NCBI GenBank assembly: GCA_038247415.1
Contig: JBBRUX010000002.1
Coordinates: forward strand, 1 to 64,000
Source of the DNA: Chitinivibrionales bacterium
GTDB taxonomy: Bacteria > Fibrobacterota > Chitinivibrionia > Chitinivibrionales > WJKA01
Direction of reading: 5' to 3'
DNA: 64,000 nucleotides
The position numbers and the translations under genes were made by a program. The notes under the pieces were generated by a model, which had not been told where the DNA came from, did not search any database, and worked only from the letters and a program-made list of their open reading frames with translations. This document shows, one piece after another, positions 10,138 through 20,113 of the stretch (its first letter is position 1; every line of letters begins with the position of its first letter).

Positions 10138-11169
10138 ATGGCTCTCGAACTGTTTTCCGACAAGCCCGAAAATCTCGATTATCGCGAATTTACCCCTGGC
10201 CCCGTTGCGACGGGCGACGTTATAATCGCCACCGAATTTGGCGCCATTAAGCATGGAACCGAATTTTTTCTCTTTAGTGGTAAATCGCCTTTCACTAACC
10301 TCGAATTCGATATGAATCAGAGGATGTTTGTTCCTTCTGTTAAAGAAGAAGGTCCTTTTGTATATCGCCCTGGCAATATGGCAGTTGGAACCATTACCGA
10401 AATCGGCAGTGGTGTAACTGAATTTGCAGAAGGGGATAAAGTCTATTGCTATTCTTCGCTCAAACAGAGTATTACGATTAATGCAGCAAAAATTAAAAAG
10501 CTTCCCAAAGAAATGTCTGCATCAGACGCTGTGTGTACCGATCCGTCCTGGTTTGCATTTGGCGCTGTGCGTGATGCCCGCGTACGCGTAGGCGACACAG
10601 CAGTAGTAGTGGGCCTTGGCGCTATTGGCCTCTTAGCGGTGCAATTTTTAAAGCTTTCGGGATGTGTAGAAATTCTGGCTTTCGATCCTATCGAAAAACG
10701 TCGAAAGCTTGCCGAAAAATTTGGAGCTACCTTTACAGCCGATCCTCTTGCCGAGGATGCGGGTGTTGCTACACATCGCCACCTTGGACGCGGTGCAGAT
10801 GTTGCTCTGGAAATAAGCGGATCGTATGCAGGTTTGCAAAGTGCCATGAAATCGGTTGCCATGTGCGGCCGTGTTGTAACGGTTGGTTTTTACAAAGGAA
10901 ATCCTGCTGCAATACAACTGTCAATGGAATGGCATCATAACCGTCTCGAATTAATCAGCAGCATGCCCGATTGGGAAAACCCCGATCGGGATTATCCTTT
11001 ATGGGATAAAGCTCGTTTACAAAATACAATTATTCGCCTCTTTTGCGAAAAGAAGCTGAGCTCACAGGGAATTGTAGATCCCCTTGTAGATTTTTCAAAA
11101 GCAAAAGATGCCTATCTTGAGGTGTATAAAAATCCAAACTCAAGTGTTAAACTTGGGGTTACTTTTTAA
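10138..11169 (+). CDS. MDR-family (zinc-binding-like) dehydrogenase
   Basis: GroES-like N-terminus (HGTE); Rossmann GLGAIG. Confidence 0.85.
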   Translation: MALELFSDKPENLDYREFTPGPVATGDVIIATEFGAIKHGTEFFLFSGKSPFTNLEFDMNQRMFVPSVKEEGPFVYRPGNMAVGTITEIGSGVTEFAEGDKVYCYSSLKQSITINAAKIKKLPKEMSASDAVCTDPSWFAFGAVRDARVRVGDTAVVVGLGAIGLLAVQFLKLSGCVEILAFDPIEKRRKLAEKFGATFTADPLAEDAGVATHRHLGRGADVALEISGSYAGLQSAMKSVAMCGRVVTVGFYKGNPAAIQLSMEWHHNRLELISSMPDWENPDRDYPLWDKARLQNTIIRLFCEKKLSSQGIVDPLVDFSKAKDAYLEVYKNPNSSVKLGVTF

Positions 11170-11193
11170 GGACCTACTATCCAGAATACTGTA

Positions 11194-13383
11194 ATGAACT
11201 ATTCTGTTAAGCGTGTTTTAGTACTGGTTTTCCTCGTGCTGCCATGGGGTGCATGGGGATCACCAGCGCCTTCATTGATTGTGGACACGATTGCTACTCG
11301 AGAAATTCGCGAAGGAAACTATCGACAAGCTTTTGCTGAATTGACAAAATATCCAACTCCTGCCGATACTGCGTTTTATTGGTACCGTATGGGGCTTATT
11401 TCGGCAGGGCTATCTAACCGTAGTGGCGCATTGCACGCATTTATGAAATGCGTCAGTAGCAACGCCTCATGGAAGCCGTTTGTGTACCAACAAATAGGCC
11501 AACTCGAAGAACGCAACAAGAATACCGCCGCCGCACTTATGGCGTATCGAACTGCTCTCGATGCATCAACACTTACAGCACAAAAAAAGGCACTACGCGC
11601 CCAACTCTACTCTCTTTACACAACAGATTCATTGTTTGCAACGAACATCCCCTGGCTCGATAGCGCCAACCAAAAATCTGAATTAACCAATGAAACCTGG
11701 GTTGTTTCCATACTTGACACAATGCTGAGCACCCAATCCTACCAGCGCGCCGACACCCTTTTGGGTCGGTTCGACGAAAAAAGTACCCGTACCACAATTG
11801 CCCTCATGGGCGTGCTTAAGCGTCGTATGGTGCCCGATACTGCTTTTAGTAGCACTCGATTCATGAGCCTTGCGCGTATATCTTCGGCGTGTCGGGAATA
11901 CTCGCTTGCTCAGCAGTTTCTCACAAAATCAATTCATCGCGAAGGAACTGGTATACTGCCCAATAACCAGCAAGATTTTCTCTTTGCCATTGGGCTGTAT
12001 TTCAAACTTGGAGATTATTCCCGGGTAACTGCTCTAGTTGATAAATACGATCGAAAATTTGGGGCATCTTCGCAAAGCATGCTTTTATTGGCTCGCTCGT
12101 TTCGTAAACTCGGCAAAACAGCGCGTGCAGATTATTGGTACGATCGGTTTATTTCTTTGTATCCAACCAGTCCCGAAACCATCGAAATTCTCTGGTACCG
12201 CGCGTGGCAACGAGAAGCCGAAGGGAAGTATTTAGAAGCAATCCCCATTTATAAAACTATCTCAAAACGTTTTCCGGCAAGTAATCGAGGAGATGTCTCT
12301 CTTTTTAGGATTGGCTTATGCTTGTATAAAAATCGTATTTACGATTCTGCTCAGGCCATTTTTGCAGCGCTCCCCAAACAATTTTCGGCATCCAATTTTA
12401 TCCCAGCGGCAGAGTATTGGCGAGGCAAATCCGCCTGGAGCCAGGCGGATACCTGCGGTGCAAAAACTATTTTTTGTAATCTTTTGCAAGCATACCCCTA
12501 TTATTATTATGCTTTTAGGGCTCGAGAAATGCTTCTCTTGCTGGGCGATAGTATCACTGCCCGAAAACCCTGGATCGATACCCTTTGTACGCCCCCGCGT
12601 GCAGCTTTGTGGCTAGACTCTGTAACGGCGTCTAAAACTGCCACTCTGGATTCAGCGGAATCAACAGTTTTTAGAATGGGGGCCTCCTTATTATTCTGCG
12701 GTTACCCCGATCTAGGTAGAGCCATTCTCATTCCCTTAGATGTGCGCTATGCAAAATTCAGTTCTTTTTCGTATAATTTGGCACGTTTATATGCCCGCTT
12801 TGGTGATCCAACTATTTCTTATAGAAGTGGTTTGCGACTTTTGGGAAAAATTCCGACATCAACCCGCGATTATATGCCGCTAGATTTCTACAGCCTTATT
12901 TATCCTGCGCCGGTCTTTATGTATGTTTACCACCAGGCAAACCTCGACACCATACCCTGGCACCTTGTGTATGCTGTTATGCGGCAAGAATCGATGTTCG
13001 ATGCCGACATTCAATCGCCCGCTGGAGCTGTTGGACTCATGCAGATCATGCCGCAAACTGGTCGTACTCTGGCACGTCAGCTTAACACACCCTTTGCCAC
13101 CGATTCGCTTTTTAATCCCTTTGTAAATATTCGTTTTGGCGCCTTTTATCTTTCCCAATTGCTTAAAGAGTTTAAGGGAAATATGATTCTAGCAATTGCC
13201 GCATATAATGCAGGGCCCGATCGTGCCCACGAATGGGGCGCAAAAGGCGCAGCCATCCCTCCCGATTTATTTATCGAAAATATCGAATTTACCGAGACGA
13301 GAGAGTATGTCAAAAAGGTTTTGGGGAACTTTTGGACGTATTCGGCCCTAGGCCCTCGGATTTCTAACCTTTACACTCCATGA
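11194..13383 (+). CDS. slt: Soluble lytic murein transglycosylase with TPR repeats
   Basis: RQES, GLMQIMP, AAYNAG and ETREYV SLT motifs. Confidence 0.9.
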   Translation: MNYSVKRVLVLVFLVLPWGAWGSPAPSLIVDTIATREIREGNYRQAFAELTKYPTPADTAFYWYRMGLISAGLSNRSGALHAFMKCVSSNASWKPFVYQQIGQLEERNKNTAAALMAYRTALDASTLTAQKKALRAQLYSLYTTDSLFATNIPWLDSANQKSELTNETWVVSILDTMLSTQSYQRADTLLGRFDEKSTRTTIALMGVLKRRMVPDTAFSSTRFMSLARISSACREYSLAQQFLTKSIHREGTGILPNNQQDFLFAIGLYFKLGDYSRVTALVDKYDRKFGASSQSMLLLARSFRKLGKTARADYWYDRFISLYPTSPETIEILWYRAWQREAEGKYLEAIPIYKTISKRFPASNRGDVSLFRIGLCLYKNRIYDSAQAIFAALPKQFSASNFIPAAEYWRGKSAWSQADTCGAKTIFCNLLQAYPYYYYAFRAREMLLLLGDSITARKPWIDTLCTPPRAALWLDSVTASKTATLDSAESTVFRMGASLLFCGYPDLGRAILIPLDVRYAKFSSFSYNLARLYARFGDPTISYRSGLRLLGKIPTSTRDYMPLDFYSLIYPAPVFMYVYHQANLDTIPWHLVYAVMRQESMFDADIQSPAGAVGLMQIMPQTGRTLARQLNTPFATDSLFNPFVNIRFGAFYLSQLLKEFKGNMILAIAAYNAGPDRAHEWGAKGAAIPPDLFIENIEFTETREYVKKVLGNFWTYSALGPRISNLYTP

Positions 13384-13389
13384 GGCACT

Positions 13390-14718
13390 GTGTATTTCTT
13401 TTCTAAAAGATTTTTTATAGAGTCTCGATACTCCCCTCGTAAAGCACTCGAAACCCTCAAAGTGAATCGCGAATGGCCAGGATATTTCGGTCTCTACGCC
13501 TTTGTGTTTGTTCGTGTATCTCTATCTGAGTTTTTACTTAACCATTGCATAACGCGCGCATCGGCGCTTGCTTTTGCCCTCCTTATTACGCTTATTCCTC
13601 TTTTAGCATCAAGCGCTTATATGCTCAGCAGTGTTATCGATGTAAACCAAGCTGCTGTTGGACAAATGCTGGGAGTCTTTTTACCATTTGCTCCACCATC
13701 GCTTCTTGCAACCCTCACCGATTTTTTTAGTAATGCCCAAAAGCTCCGGGGCCTTGGCATTGCCATGCTCATTATTATGGCAGTTGGATTATTTGGTACC
13801 GTAGAAGAATCGCTCAATACCATTTGGAAGGTCGTTCATTCGCGTTCATTTTTTACGCGGCTACGCACGTTCACCATGGTCATGGTATATAGCCCCATTC
13901 TGTTTCTTGCTTCTTTACAGCTGCGAAGATATCTTGTTGCCAATGTCGAAGGCCAAACGGCGGCATTACTCGATCTGCTTCCTTTTTTACTTTCGGTACT
14001 GGCGTTTACATCACTTGTGTGGTTTGTTCCCAACACCAAAGTATCCTTTAAGCCAGCCTTTTTTGGAGGGCTTGTTGCAGGATTATTGTTTGAGCTCGAA
14101 CGCCGCCTTTTTTCTACGTATGTAGAACTTTCTATTCAAACACAAACAATCTATGGCGCGTATGGGCTGCTTCCGCTTTTTTTAGTTTCCCTTCTTGTCG
14201 TATCGATCTGTGTTTTATCTGGTGCCCAGATTGCCTATGTAGCCCAAAACTTTCATGCGCTTTTGCGGGGAAAAACACGCTGGGACCGACGCGTTGGCGA
14301 TCAGACAACCTATGTTGCTTTTCGCATGATGCTTGATGCAACCACCGCATTTATCAAACGACATCAACCACCAACGCTTTCTTATTTTGTTAAAATATAC
14401 GAACTCACAGAAAGTCAGGCAAGTGGCCTTTTGCGTTCGCTCGTGCGTTCTGGATACATGCTTATTCTCAAAGACAATGGCGGTTATGTGCCTGCCTACG
14501 ACATGTCGCAAACGTCAATACAGGAAGTTTTAGGCTCTATCGAAGACCAGCATCGTAAAGTTCCGCCTTTTCCCGATGACTACATGCGAAGCTATCTCTT
14601 AGAGCTGCTTGGAGGTCTTAAAAATACGCCGATTCCTCAACTTGAGGGGATCACGTTCAAGATGCTCATTGAGCAGATTGACAACAATAATTCCAAGCGC
14701 ATTGCTGGCTCTTCTTGA
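13390..14718 (+). CDS. YihY/BrkB-family inner membrane protein with C-terminal wHTH-like extension
   Basis: RASALAF..L..LIP, LNTIW and IYGA motifs; multiple TMs. Confidence 0.85.
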   Translation: MYFFSKRFFIESRYSPRKALETLKVNREWPGYFGLYAFVFVRVSLSEFLLNHCITRASALAFALLITLIPLLASSAYMLSSVIDVNQAAVGQMLGVFLPFAPPSLLATLTDFFSNAQKLRGLGIAMLIIMAVGLFGTVEESLNTIWKVVHSRSFFTRLRTFTMVMVYSPILFLASLQLRRYLVANVEGQTAALLDLLPFLLSVLAFTSLVWFVPNTKVSFKPAFFGGLVAGLLFELERRLFSTYVELSIQTQTIYGAYGLLPLFLVSLLVVSICVLSGAQIAYVAQNFHALLRGKTRWDRRVGDQTTYVAFRMMLDATTAFIKRHQPPTLSYFVKIYELTESQASGLLRSLVRSGYMLILKDNGGYVPAYDMSQTSIQEVLGSIEDQHRKVPPFPDDYMRSYLLELLGGLKNTPIPQLEGITFKMLIEQIDNNNSKRIAGSS

Positions 14719-14820
14719 AATAGTGCACCCTCTTGGAACATTCAATTTCCTCGGGATGTAATAGCACAGTTCAGGAGTGTCCAGAGAATCCGGGGCGGCC
14801 CTCTCAACAAGCTCAATTAT

Positions 14821-14849
14821 TTGACAAGCCTCCCACAAGGCCGTATTTT
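14821..14849 (+). promoter_or_regulatory. Sigma70 promoter for aminotransferase
   Basis: TTGACA-N17-TATTTT. Confidence 0.6.
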
Positions 14850-14906
14850 TAACCAATTTATTTTTTACAAAAAATTACAAAAATCTGCACCCTAAGGAGA
14901 CTATGT

Positions 14907-16217
14907 ATGAGCCATGATCCGCAAGCCCTCGCGCTTAATAAAACCATTGAGGGTGCGAATCAGCATGTTTATGCGATGCTTTCTACACGAGGCCAGGGAA
15001 TCTTTTTTCCCAAACTTGGAATTTTAGCACAGTCTGCAGAAGCAGCTGGCAAAAAAATTAACGCAACAATTGGTACTGCCCTCGAAGAAGACGGGTCGCC
15101 AATGTGTTTGCCAGACCTTTTATCCCAATTCTCATCGGGGAATAAATTATTCTTTAATTATGCTCCAAGTCCTGGCCGCCCCGATACCCGCGCAACCTGG
15201 AAACAAATGATGCTTGCCAAAAACCCGCAACTTGGCACCAAGCAGATCAGCATGCCGGTGGTAACAAATGCCCTCACCCATGGGCTTTCGATGGCTGGAT
15301 ATCTTTTTGTAAACGAAGGTGACGAAATTATTGTTCCCGATTTATACTGGGAAAACTACGATCTTATTTTTAAAAACACATATGGTGCTCAGTTTCGTAC
15401 CTTTCAAACCTTTGAAAACAATGGATTTAACACAAAAGGTCTTAAGGCTGCGCTTACTGCAAGTACCTCTGCGAAAAAGATTGTAATGATTAATTTTCCT
15501 AATAACCCAACTGGTTATACAGCCACCATTTCAGAAGCACAAGAGATTATCAACATACTCGTTGCCGAAGCATCTGCAGGAACAAATCTGGTCGTTCTTC
15601 TGGATGATGCCTATTTCGGGCTTGTTTTTGAGTCTGGGGTTGCAACTGAATCTTTATTTGGCACTCTTGCCGATGCGCATCCACGCATTCTTGCAATTAA
15701 GCTCGATGGCCCCACAAAAGAAGATTACGTGTGGGGTTTTCGTGTTGGATTTATGACCTTTGGCTGCGGATCATCATCGCCAGAACTGTACGCAGCACTC
15801 GAGGCAAAGTGTGGCGGTGCGGTTCGCGGTACCATTTCAAACGCATCTAATCCTGCCCAGATGATGTTAGCTAAAGCGTATACTAATCCTAATTACCAAA
15901 CGCAACGAGCAGAAAAGTTTGCTATTCTCAAATCTCGCTACGAAAAAGTTAAGGCGATTTTTGCAGCTCATCCCGAATATGCAAAAGTTTTTAACCCTTT
16001 ACCTTTTAATTCCGGCTATTTTATGTGTGTTAAAACACATGGAATCGACGGCGAAATTCTGCGCAAAAGGATGCTAGCGGCCTACGATACGGGTGTTATC
16101 GCACAAGGAAATGTTATTCGGTTGGCTTTTTCGGCAACGCCTCTGCATCTTTTAGAAATGCTTTTTGATAATATGTATAAGGCTGGTTTAGATTGCATGG
16201 GGGAACAACGCGCTTAA
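14907..16217 (+). CDS. PLP-dependent aminotransferase class I/II
   Basis: NFPNNPTG, DDAY and DGPTKEDYVWGFRVG (PLP Lys); SD AAGGAG. Confidence 0.9.
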   Translation: MSHDPQALALNKTIEGANQHVYAMLSTRGQGIFFPKLGILAQSAEAAGKKINATIGTALEEDGSPMCLPDLLSQFSSGNKLFFNYAPSPGRPDTRATWKQMMLAKNPQLGTKQISMPVVTNALTHGLSMAGYLFVNEGDEIIVPDLYWENYDLIFKNTYGAQFRTFQTFENNGFNTKGLKAALTASTSAKKIVMINFPNNPTGYTATISEAQEIINILVAEASAGTNLVVLLDDAYFGLVFESGVATESLFGTLADAHPRILAIKLDGPTKEDYVWGFRVGFMTFGCGSSSPELYAALEAKCGGAVRGTISNASNPAQMMLAKAYTNPNYQTQRAEKFAILKSRYEKVKAIFAAHPEYAKVFNPLPFNSGYFMCVKTHGIDGEILRKRMLAAYDTGVIAQGNVIRLAFSATPLHLLEMLFDNMYKAGLDCMGEQRA

Positions 16218-16243
16218 TCGCACACCTAAAAAGTGCGCAATTA

Positions 16244-16272
16244 TTGACCTGAGCTTAAGCATGCATTATTTT
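16244..16272 (+). promoter_or_regulatory. Sigma70 promoter for tRNA-Lys
   Basis: TTGACC-N17-TATTTT about 30 nt upstream of the tRNA. Confidence 0.55.
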
Positions 16273-16301
16273 ATTCGACTGTTTTTTGCGAGGCGCAATC
16301 C

Positions 16302-16373
16302 GGGCTAGTAACTCAGCGGTAGAGTATCGCCCTTTTAAGGCGAGAGTCGATGGTTCGAATCCATCCTAGCTCA
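16302..16373 (+). tRNA. tRNA-Lys(UUU), CCA not encoded
   Basis: Acceptor GGGCTAG/CTAGCTC; anticodon arm TCGCC-CTTTTAA-GGCGA; T-loop GGTTCGAATCC. Confidence 0.96.
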
Positions 16374-16380
16374 ATTAATC

Positions 16381-16425
16381 AAGCCTGTCTTTTCTGCATG
16401 CAAGCAGTAAGGGCAGGCTTTTTTT
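16381..16425 (+). terminator. Intrinsic terminator after tRNA-Lys
   Basis: AAGCCTGTCTT...AAGGGCAGGCTT followed by a T run. Confidence 0.75.
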
Positions 16426-16531
16426 GTATCCTGTAGTTCGATTTAAAAGATTCCTGACAATTAACTTTTTTAAAGTATATTGTTTCTAATGTTTCTTAAT
16501 AAACATACCCAAACCCAAGAGGGGGAGCTGA

Positions 16532-17899
16532 ATGCGGCCATTTATCGCAAATGCAAAAATCGAAGACAAAATACTCTCCGATTACGCCCACAAAGTTACT
16601 CACAACAACACGATCGATTCGAGCCTCTTTACTAAATATAATGTCAAGCGTGGGCTTCGCAATGCAGATGGCACGGGCGTTCTTGTTGGCCTTACCACCG
16701 TTGGTGAAGTGCATGGCTACGTCTTTGACGAAAACGAGAAGCGTGCCGTAGAGGGCCGTTTGCGCTATCATGGTATAGAAATAGAAGACCTTGTAGAAGG
16801 TTTTCAAAAAGAAAAACGTTTTGGATTTCACGAAACCGCGTATCTTTTATTGTTTGGTGAATTGCCAACGCTATCGGAACTACAAGCCTTTGACGATCTC
16901 CTCGATTCGCAACGAGATCTGCCTGAAGGCTTTACCGAAAACATGATTCTTAAAGCACCTTCACCCGATGTAATGAACAAACTTGCACGAGCGGTTTTGG
17001 CATCGTATTCCTACGATGAAAATCCTGATGATATTAGCTTAACCAATATGCTTAGGCAATGCATCGAGCTCATTGCCCGTTTCCCTACCATGGCAGCTTA
17101 CGGCTATCAGGCAAAACGGCATTACTACGATAATAACAGCTTGTATATTCATAGGCCTGCCACGGGAAAAAATACAGCCGGGAACTTTTTGCAAATGATT
17201 CGTCCGGATATGAGCTATACCCCACTGGAAGCCGAACTTCTTGATCTGGCGCTTGTCCTCCATGCTGAGCACGGTGGCGGAAACAATAGCACCTTTGCCG
17301 TGCATGTTGTATCATCTTCCGATACCGACACCTACTCGGCCATTGCATCGGCTCTTGGTAGCCTTAAGGGACCTAAACACGGTGGTGCAAATGTTAAGGT
17401 TGTGCAAATGATGAACGATATGAAATCGAACCTTTCCGACTATTCAAACGAAAAAGCCATCGAAGATTATTTGGCTGGCCTTGTGCGCAAAGAACAGTTC
17501 GACAAAAAAGGTCTTATTTACGGTATGGGACATGCGGTATACACGGTATCCGATCCCCGTGCAATTATTTTGCGAGAAAAAGCAATGGAACTTGCAAAAG
17601 AAAAAGGACGCACCGAAGAGTTCGAATTTTATAAGCTCGTTGAAAAATGCGCCCATCATATTCTTTGCGATATGAAGAGTGGCAAGCAAATTGCCACCAA
17701 CGTCGACTTCTACTCTGGGCTTGTTTACGATATGCTCAATATTCCGCCAGAACTGTATACGCCTATCTTTGCAATTTCCCGTATGGCCGGATGGGCTGCC
17801 CATCGCATAGAGGAAAATGTATCTGGGGGTAGAATTATACGCCCTGCTTATAAGAGCGTTTCGGGAGTGTTGCCCTATATTCCAGGGCATGAAAGATAA
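16532..17899 (+). CDS. gltA: Citrate synthase
   Basis: LHAEHGGGNNST, GPKHGGAN, GMGHAVY..SDPR and NVDFYSG motifs. Confidence 0.93.
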   Translation: MRPFIANAKIEDKILSDYAHKVTHNNTIDSSLFTKYNVKRGLRNADGTGVLVGLTTVGEVHGYVFDENEKRAVEGRLRYHGIEIEDLVEGFQKEKRFGFHETAYLLLFGELPTLSELQAFDDLLDSQRDLPEGFTENMILKAPSPDVMNKLARAVLASYSYDENPDDISLTNMLRQCIELIARFPTMAAYGYQAKRHYYDNNSLYIHRPATGKNTAGNFLQMIRPDMSYTPLEAELLDLALVLHAEHGGGNNSTFAVHVVSSSDTDTYSAIASALGSLKGPKHGGANVKVVQMMNDMKSNLSDYSNEKAIEDYLAGLVRKEQFDKKGLIYGMGHAVYTVSDPRAIILREKAMELAKEKGRTEEFEFYKLVEKCAHHILCDMKSGKQIATNVDFYSGLVYDMLNIPPELYTPIFAISRMAGWAAHRIEENVSGGRIIRPAYKSVSGVLPYIPGHER

Positions 17900-17920
17900 T
17901 CGTTTATAGTTTAAGACTTT

Positions 17921-17962
17921 AAAAAAGGGAAGAAAGCAAATGCTTTTTTCCCTCTTTTTTTT
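17921..17962 (+). terminator. Intrinsic terminator
   Basis: AGGGAAGAAAGCA-aa-TGCTTTTTTCCCT followed by a T run. Confidence 0.75.
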
Positions 17963-17970
17963 GTTGACAG

Positions 17971-18063
17971 GTCATTTCTTCGGTCGTTGAGCAGTTCGAC
18001 AGGCTCACTATAACACTTGTCGAAATGACACCGGGCTTACTGCGTCCGCAGTGCGGACGCAGT
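17971..18063. repeat. REP-like palindromic cluster
   Basis: GTCATTTC...GAAATGAC, TTCGACAGG...CTTGTCGAA, and the 12-bp-arm palindrome ACTGCGTCCGCA-G-TGCGGACGCAGT. Confidence 0.55.
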
Positions 18064-18245
18064 CTGGGCGATACTGTCTCGTATATGCCCAACAAAATCG
18101 GACCGAAGCTTACCAGATACATTATTCATTGAAACATTCCCTCTTGCTGCGCCAATTCCACACCTATCTCATTCTTTAAAACATTGAGCATTTACAAAAA
18201 CATATCCGGATATACCAACACCAAATCTTAAAAAATCCTTCGCAC

Positions 18246-19550
18246 CTAATCTCTCACAAGCCGCACCGAGAATCCACAGCATTTAGAATTGCTCATTACA
18301 AACATTCCCCCATCGTCATAATAAAGATAGCTGTTCATTCCCTCCGCGGTCATAGAAGGTATTGCACTCCACCACATACCATAGGTTCCCTTACCGCTAA
18401 AATCCCCGAAATTATTGCGAAATCCGCCCGCAAAGGCTGTAAATCCTGTGCTATTATTGTTTTTCATATCATATCCAATCGCGCTATAGACATTGCTTGA
18501 TGACCAACCCGATTGAGCAGCTAGGGATTTACCATTAGAGCTTGTATTATCCCGCAGATTTTCCCACTCTGTCTGACTTGGCACGTGCCAACCCTTGGGA
18601 GCAATATTTTTGGTATGTGCTGTGTCAATAACATACCAGTTATATAATGCGCCATTTTTCTTGATACTATCTGCATTCGTGGTATTGCCATAGTAGCAAA
18701 AAATGGAAGCTTTACTATTTGCCCACGAAGTGCTTGACGTATCAAAAATGATGGATGTACCATCCGCATATTTTGTGGTTCTCAGATTTTCGGTTATCCA
18801 CACGTGGTGACCAATTCTGACTGCTTTGTACACATTGCCATCACCATCAACCATGGGATCAATAACTGCAGAAAGTTTTATTGCTATCCAGTTCGTATCC
18901 GCATAAGTAACCTTTATCTTGATAGGCACATACCCATTTTTGGTTATCATTAACGTATCCGACGTAGTATCGCGCTGAGCTATCGCTACTGGCGAAGTTT
19001 TAGTTGACCCAAACGGTATATCGGCTGCCCCACTCATTGCCCGCCATACACCCCCAAAAACACTACACTTAAGAATTATTGCCTTGCCAGACACATTAAT
19101 TTTGTAAAGATATATACCATCTCCCTTGCGCGGAAGGGCATACGAAAAGGTACCGCTGTTTCTTGTTTCGTTAAGATGCATGAATAATTTTCCATGTAGG
19201 TCACACCCAATGATTTCTAGGCTTTGTGCAAGCGGCAGTTTCAGGTGCAAAGAATTACTCTGAATTATAGCCGCAATAGGAGCTGGGATAGTGCGGGAAA
19301 TCTTGTTTCGATATCCAATAGTTGTTATAGGTATAGAAAATTTGCCACTGGTATCTGTGACTGCTTGCAGACCTGATTGCATAAGAACAACGAGCGCACT
19401 ATCGATTGGTACTGTCCCAGAAGTATCTGCCAACGTTACGATTCCACGAATATCTCCCATGCAAACCCATGCTGCAATTAAACCTATAACGAATACCTTA
19501 AAACTTTGCATAATAATTCCCACTCTGTGTTTTTTACCTGTATGATCCAC
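18246..19550 (-). CDS. FISUMP (Fibrobacter succinogenes major paralogous) domain protein
   Basis: DGDGNVYKAVRIG..VWITENL, GALYNWY, PKGWHVPS..EW and GFSVRLVRD motifs. Confidence 0.9.
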   Translation of the reverse strand: MDHTGKKHRVGIIMQSFKVFVIGLIAAWVCMGDIRGIVTLADTSGTVPIDSALVVLMQSGLQAVTDTSGKFSIPITTIGYRNKISRTIPAPIAAIIQSNSLHLKLPLAQSLEIIGCDLHGKLFMHLNETRNSGTFSYALPRKGDGIYLYKINVSGKAIILKCSVFGGVWRAMSGAADIPFGSTKTSPVAIAQRDTTSDTLMITKNGYVPIKIKVTYADTNWIAIKLSAVIDPMVDGDGNVYKAVRIGHHVWITENLRTTKYADGTSIIFDTSSTSWANSKASIFCYYGNTTNADSIKKNGALYNWYVIDTAHTKNIAPKGWHVPSQTEWENLRDNTSSNGKSLAAQSGWSSSNVYSAIGYDMKNNNSTGFTAFAGGFRNNFGDFSGKGTYGMWWSAIPSMTAEGMNSYLYYDDGGMFVMSNSKCCGFSVRLVRD

Positions 19551-19567
19551 TTGTTTTTATTTCAAAA

Positions 19568-19993
19568 TTGTTTTTTCGCCCTCAATCATTGACCTTGGAA
19601 AAAATACATTATTATTCTATAAGAATAGCTAAGAATATTCAGCTCCTAAAAAGCCCAAGGCTTTTTTCAAATGTTTGCTTTTTCATACTGCTGATGAGCA
19701 CCTTTTCAGCTTTTTGTAAAGATCTACAATATCAATCTCTATCAGTTACAAACGATTACACTGCCGATCCAAAAATTATTCATGAAGCCCCTATTCAAAT
19801 ACCACAAACATGGTTACACCAAAAGATTTCAGGAATACTTGCAGCACGCATCGCTCTTGACGAAAAAGGGGCAGTTAAATTGGGAATATTTATCCACTCG
19901 AAGTTAAGGCCGGGATCAACCCAAAAAGCAAAAGCCTCGCAACATATCAGGAAAAATACAAGTCCTCAGTTTTGGTGCGCTCCACACTTTTGA
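19568..19993 (+). CDS. Hypothetical protein, possibly a truncated TonB-C-like remnant
   Basis: Hydrophobic leader; 'P.....ISG....RIALDEKGAV' resembles TonB C-terminal start; then degenerates. Confidence 0.3.
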   Translation: MFFRPQSLTLEKIHYYSIRIAKNIQLLKSPRLFSNVCFFILLMSTFSAFCKDLQYQSLSVTNDYTADPKIIHEAPIQIPQTWLHQKISGILAARIALDEKGAVKLGIFIHSKLRPGSTQKAKASQHIRKNTSPQFWCAPHF

Positions 19994-20113
19994 ATTTGAA
20001 ACAAGACGATACAATTATCAATATTCCACTGTATGCCATTTCCCGATTAAAAAGCATTATCAAGCTCGCCGGATTGTAAGCTTACTATCTCTTGCCAAAA
20101 GATCCTTTTTTCT

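Noticed and set aside
16302..16373. tRNA-Lys as an integration site
   Set aside because: No duplicated tRNA 3' end noticed; it is followed directly by its terminator and gltA.
1632..19550. Complete diversity-generating retroelement (FGE and FISUMP CLec-type domains present)
   Set aside because: No reverse transcriptase, accessory gene or template-repeat copy of either 3' end was found in the window.
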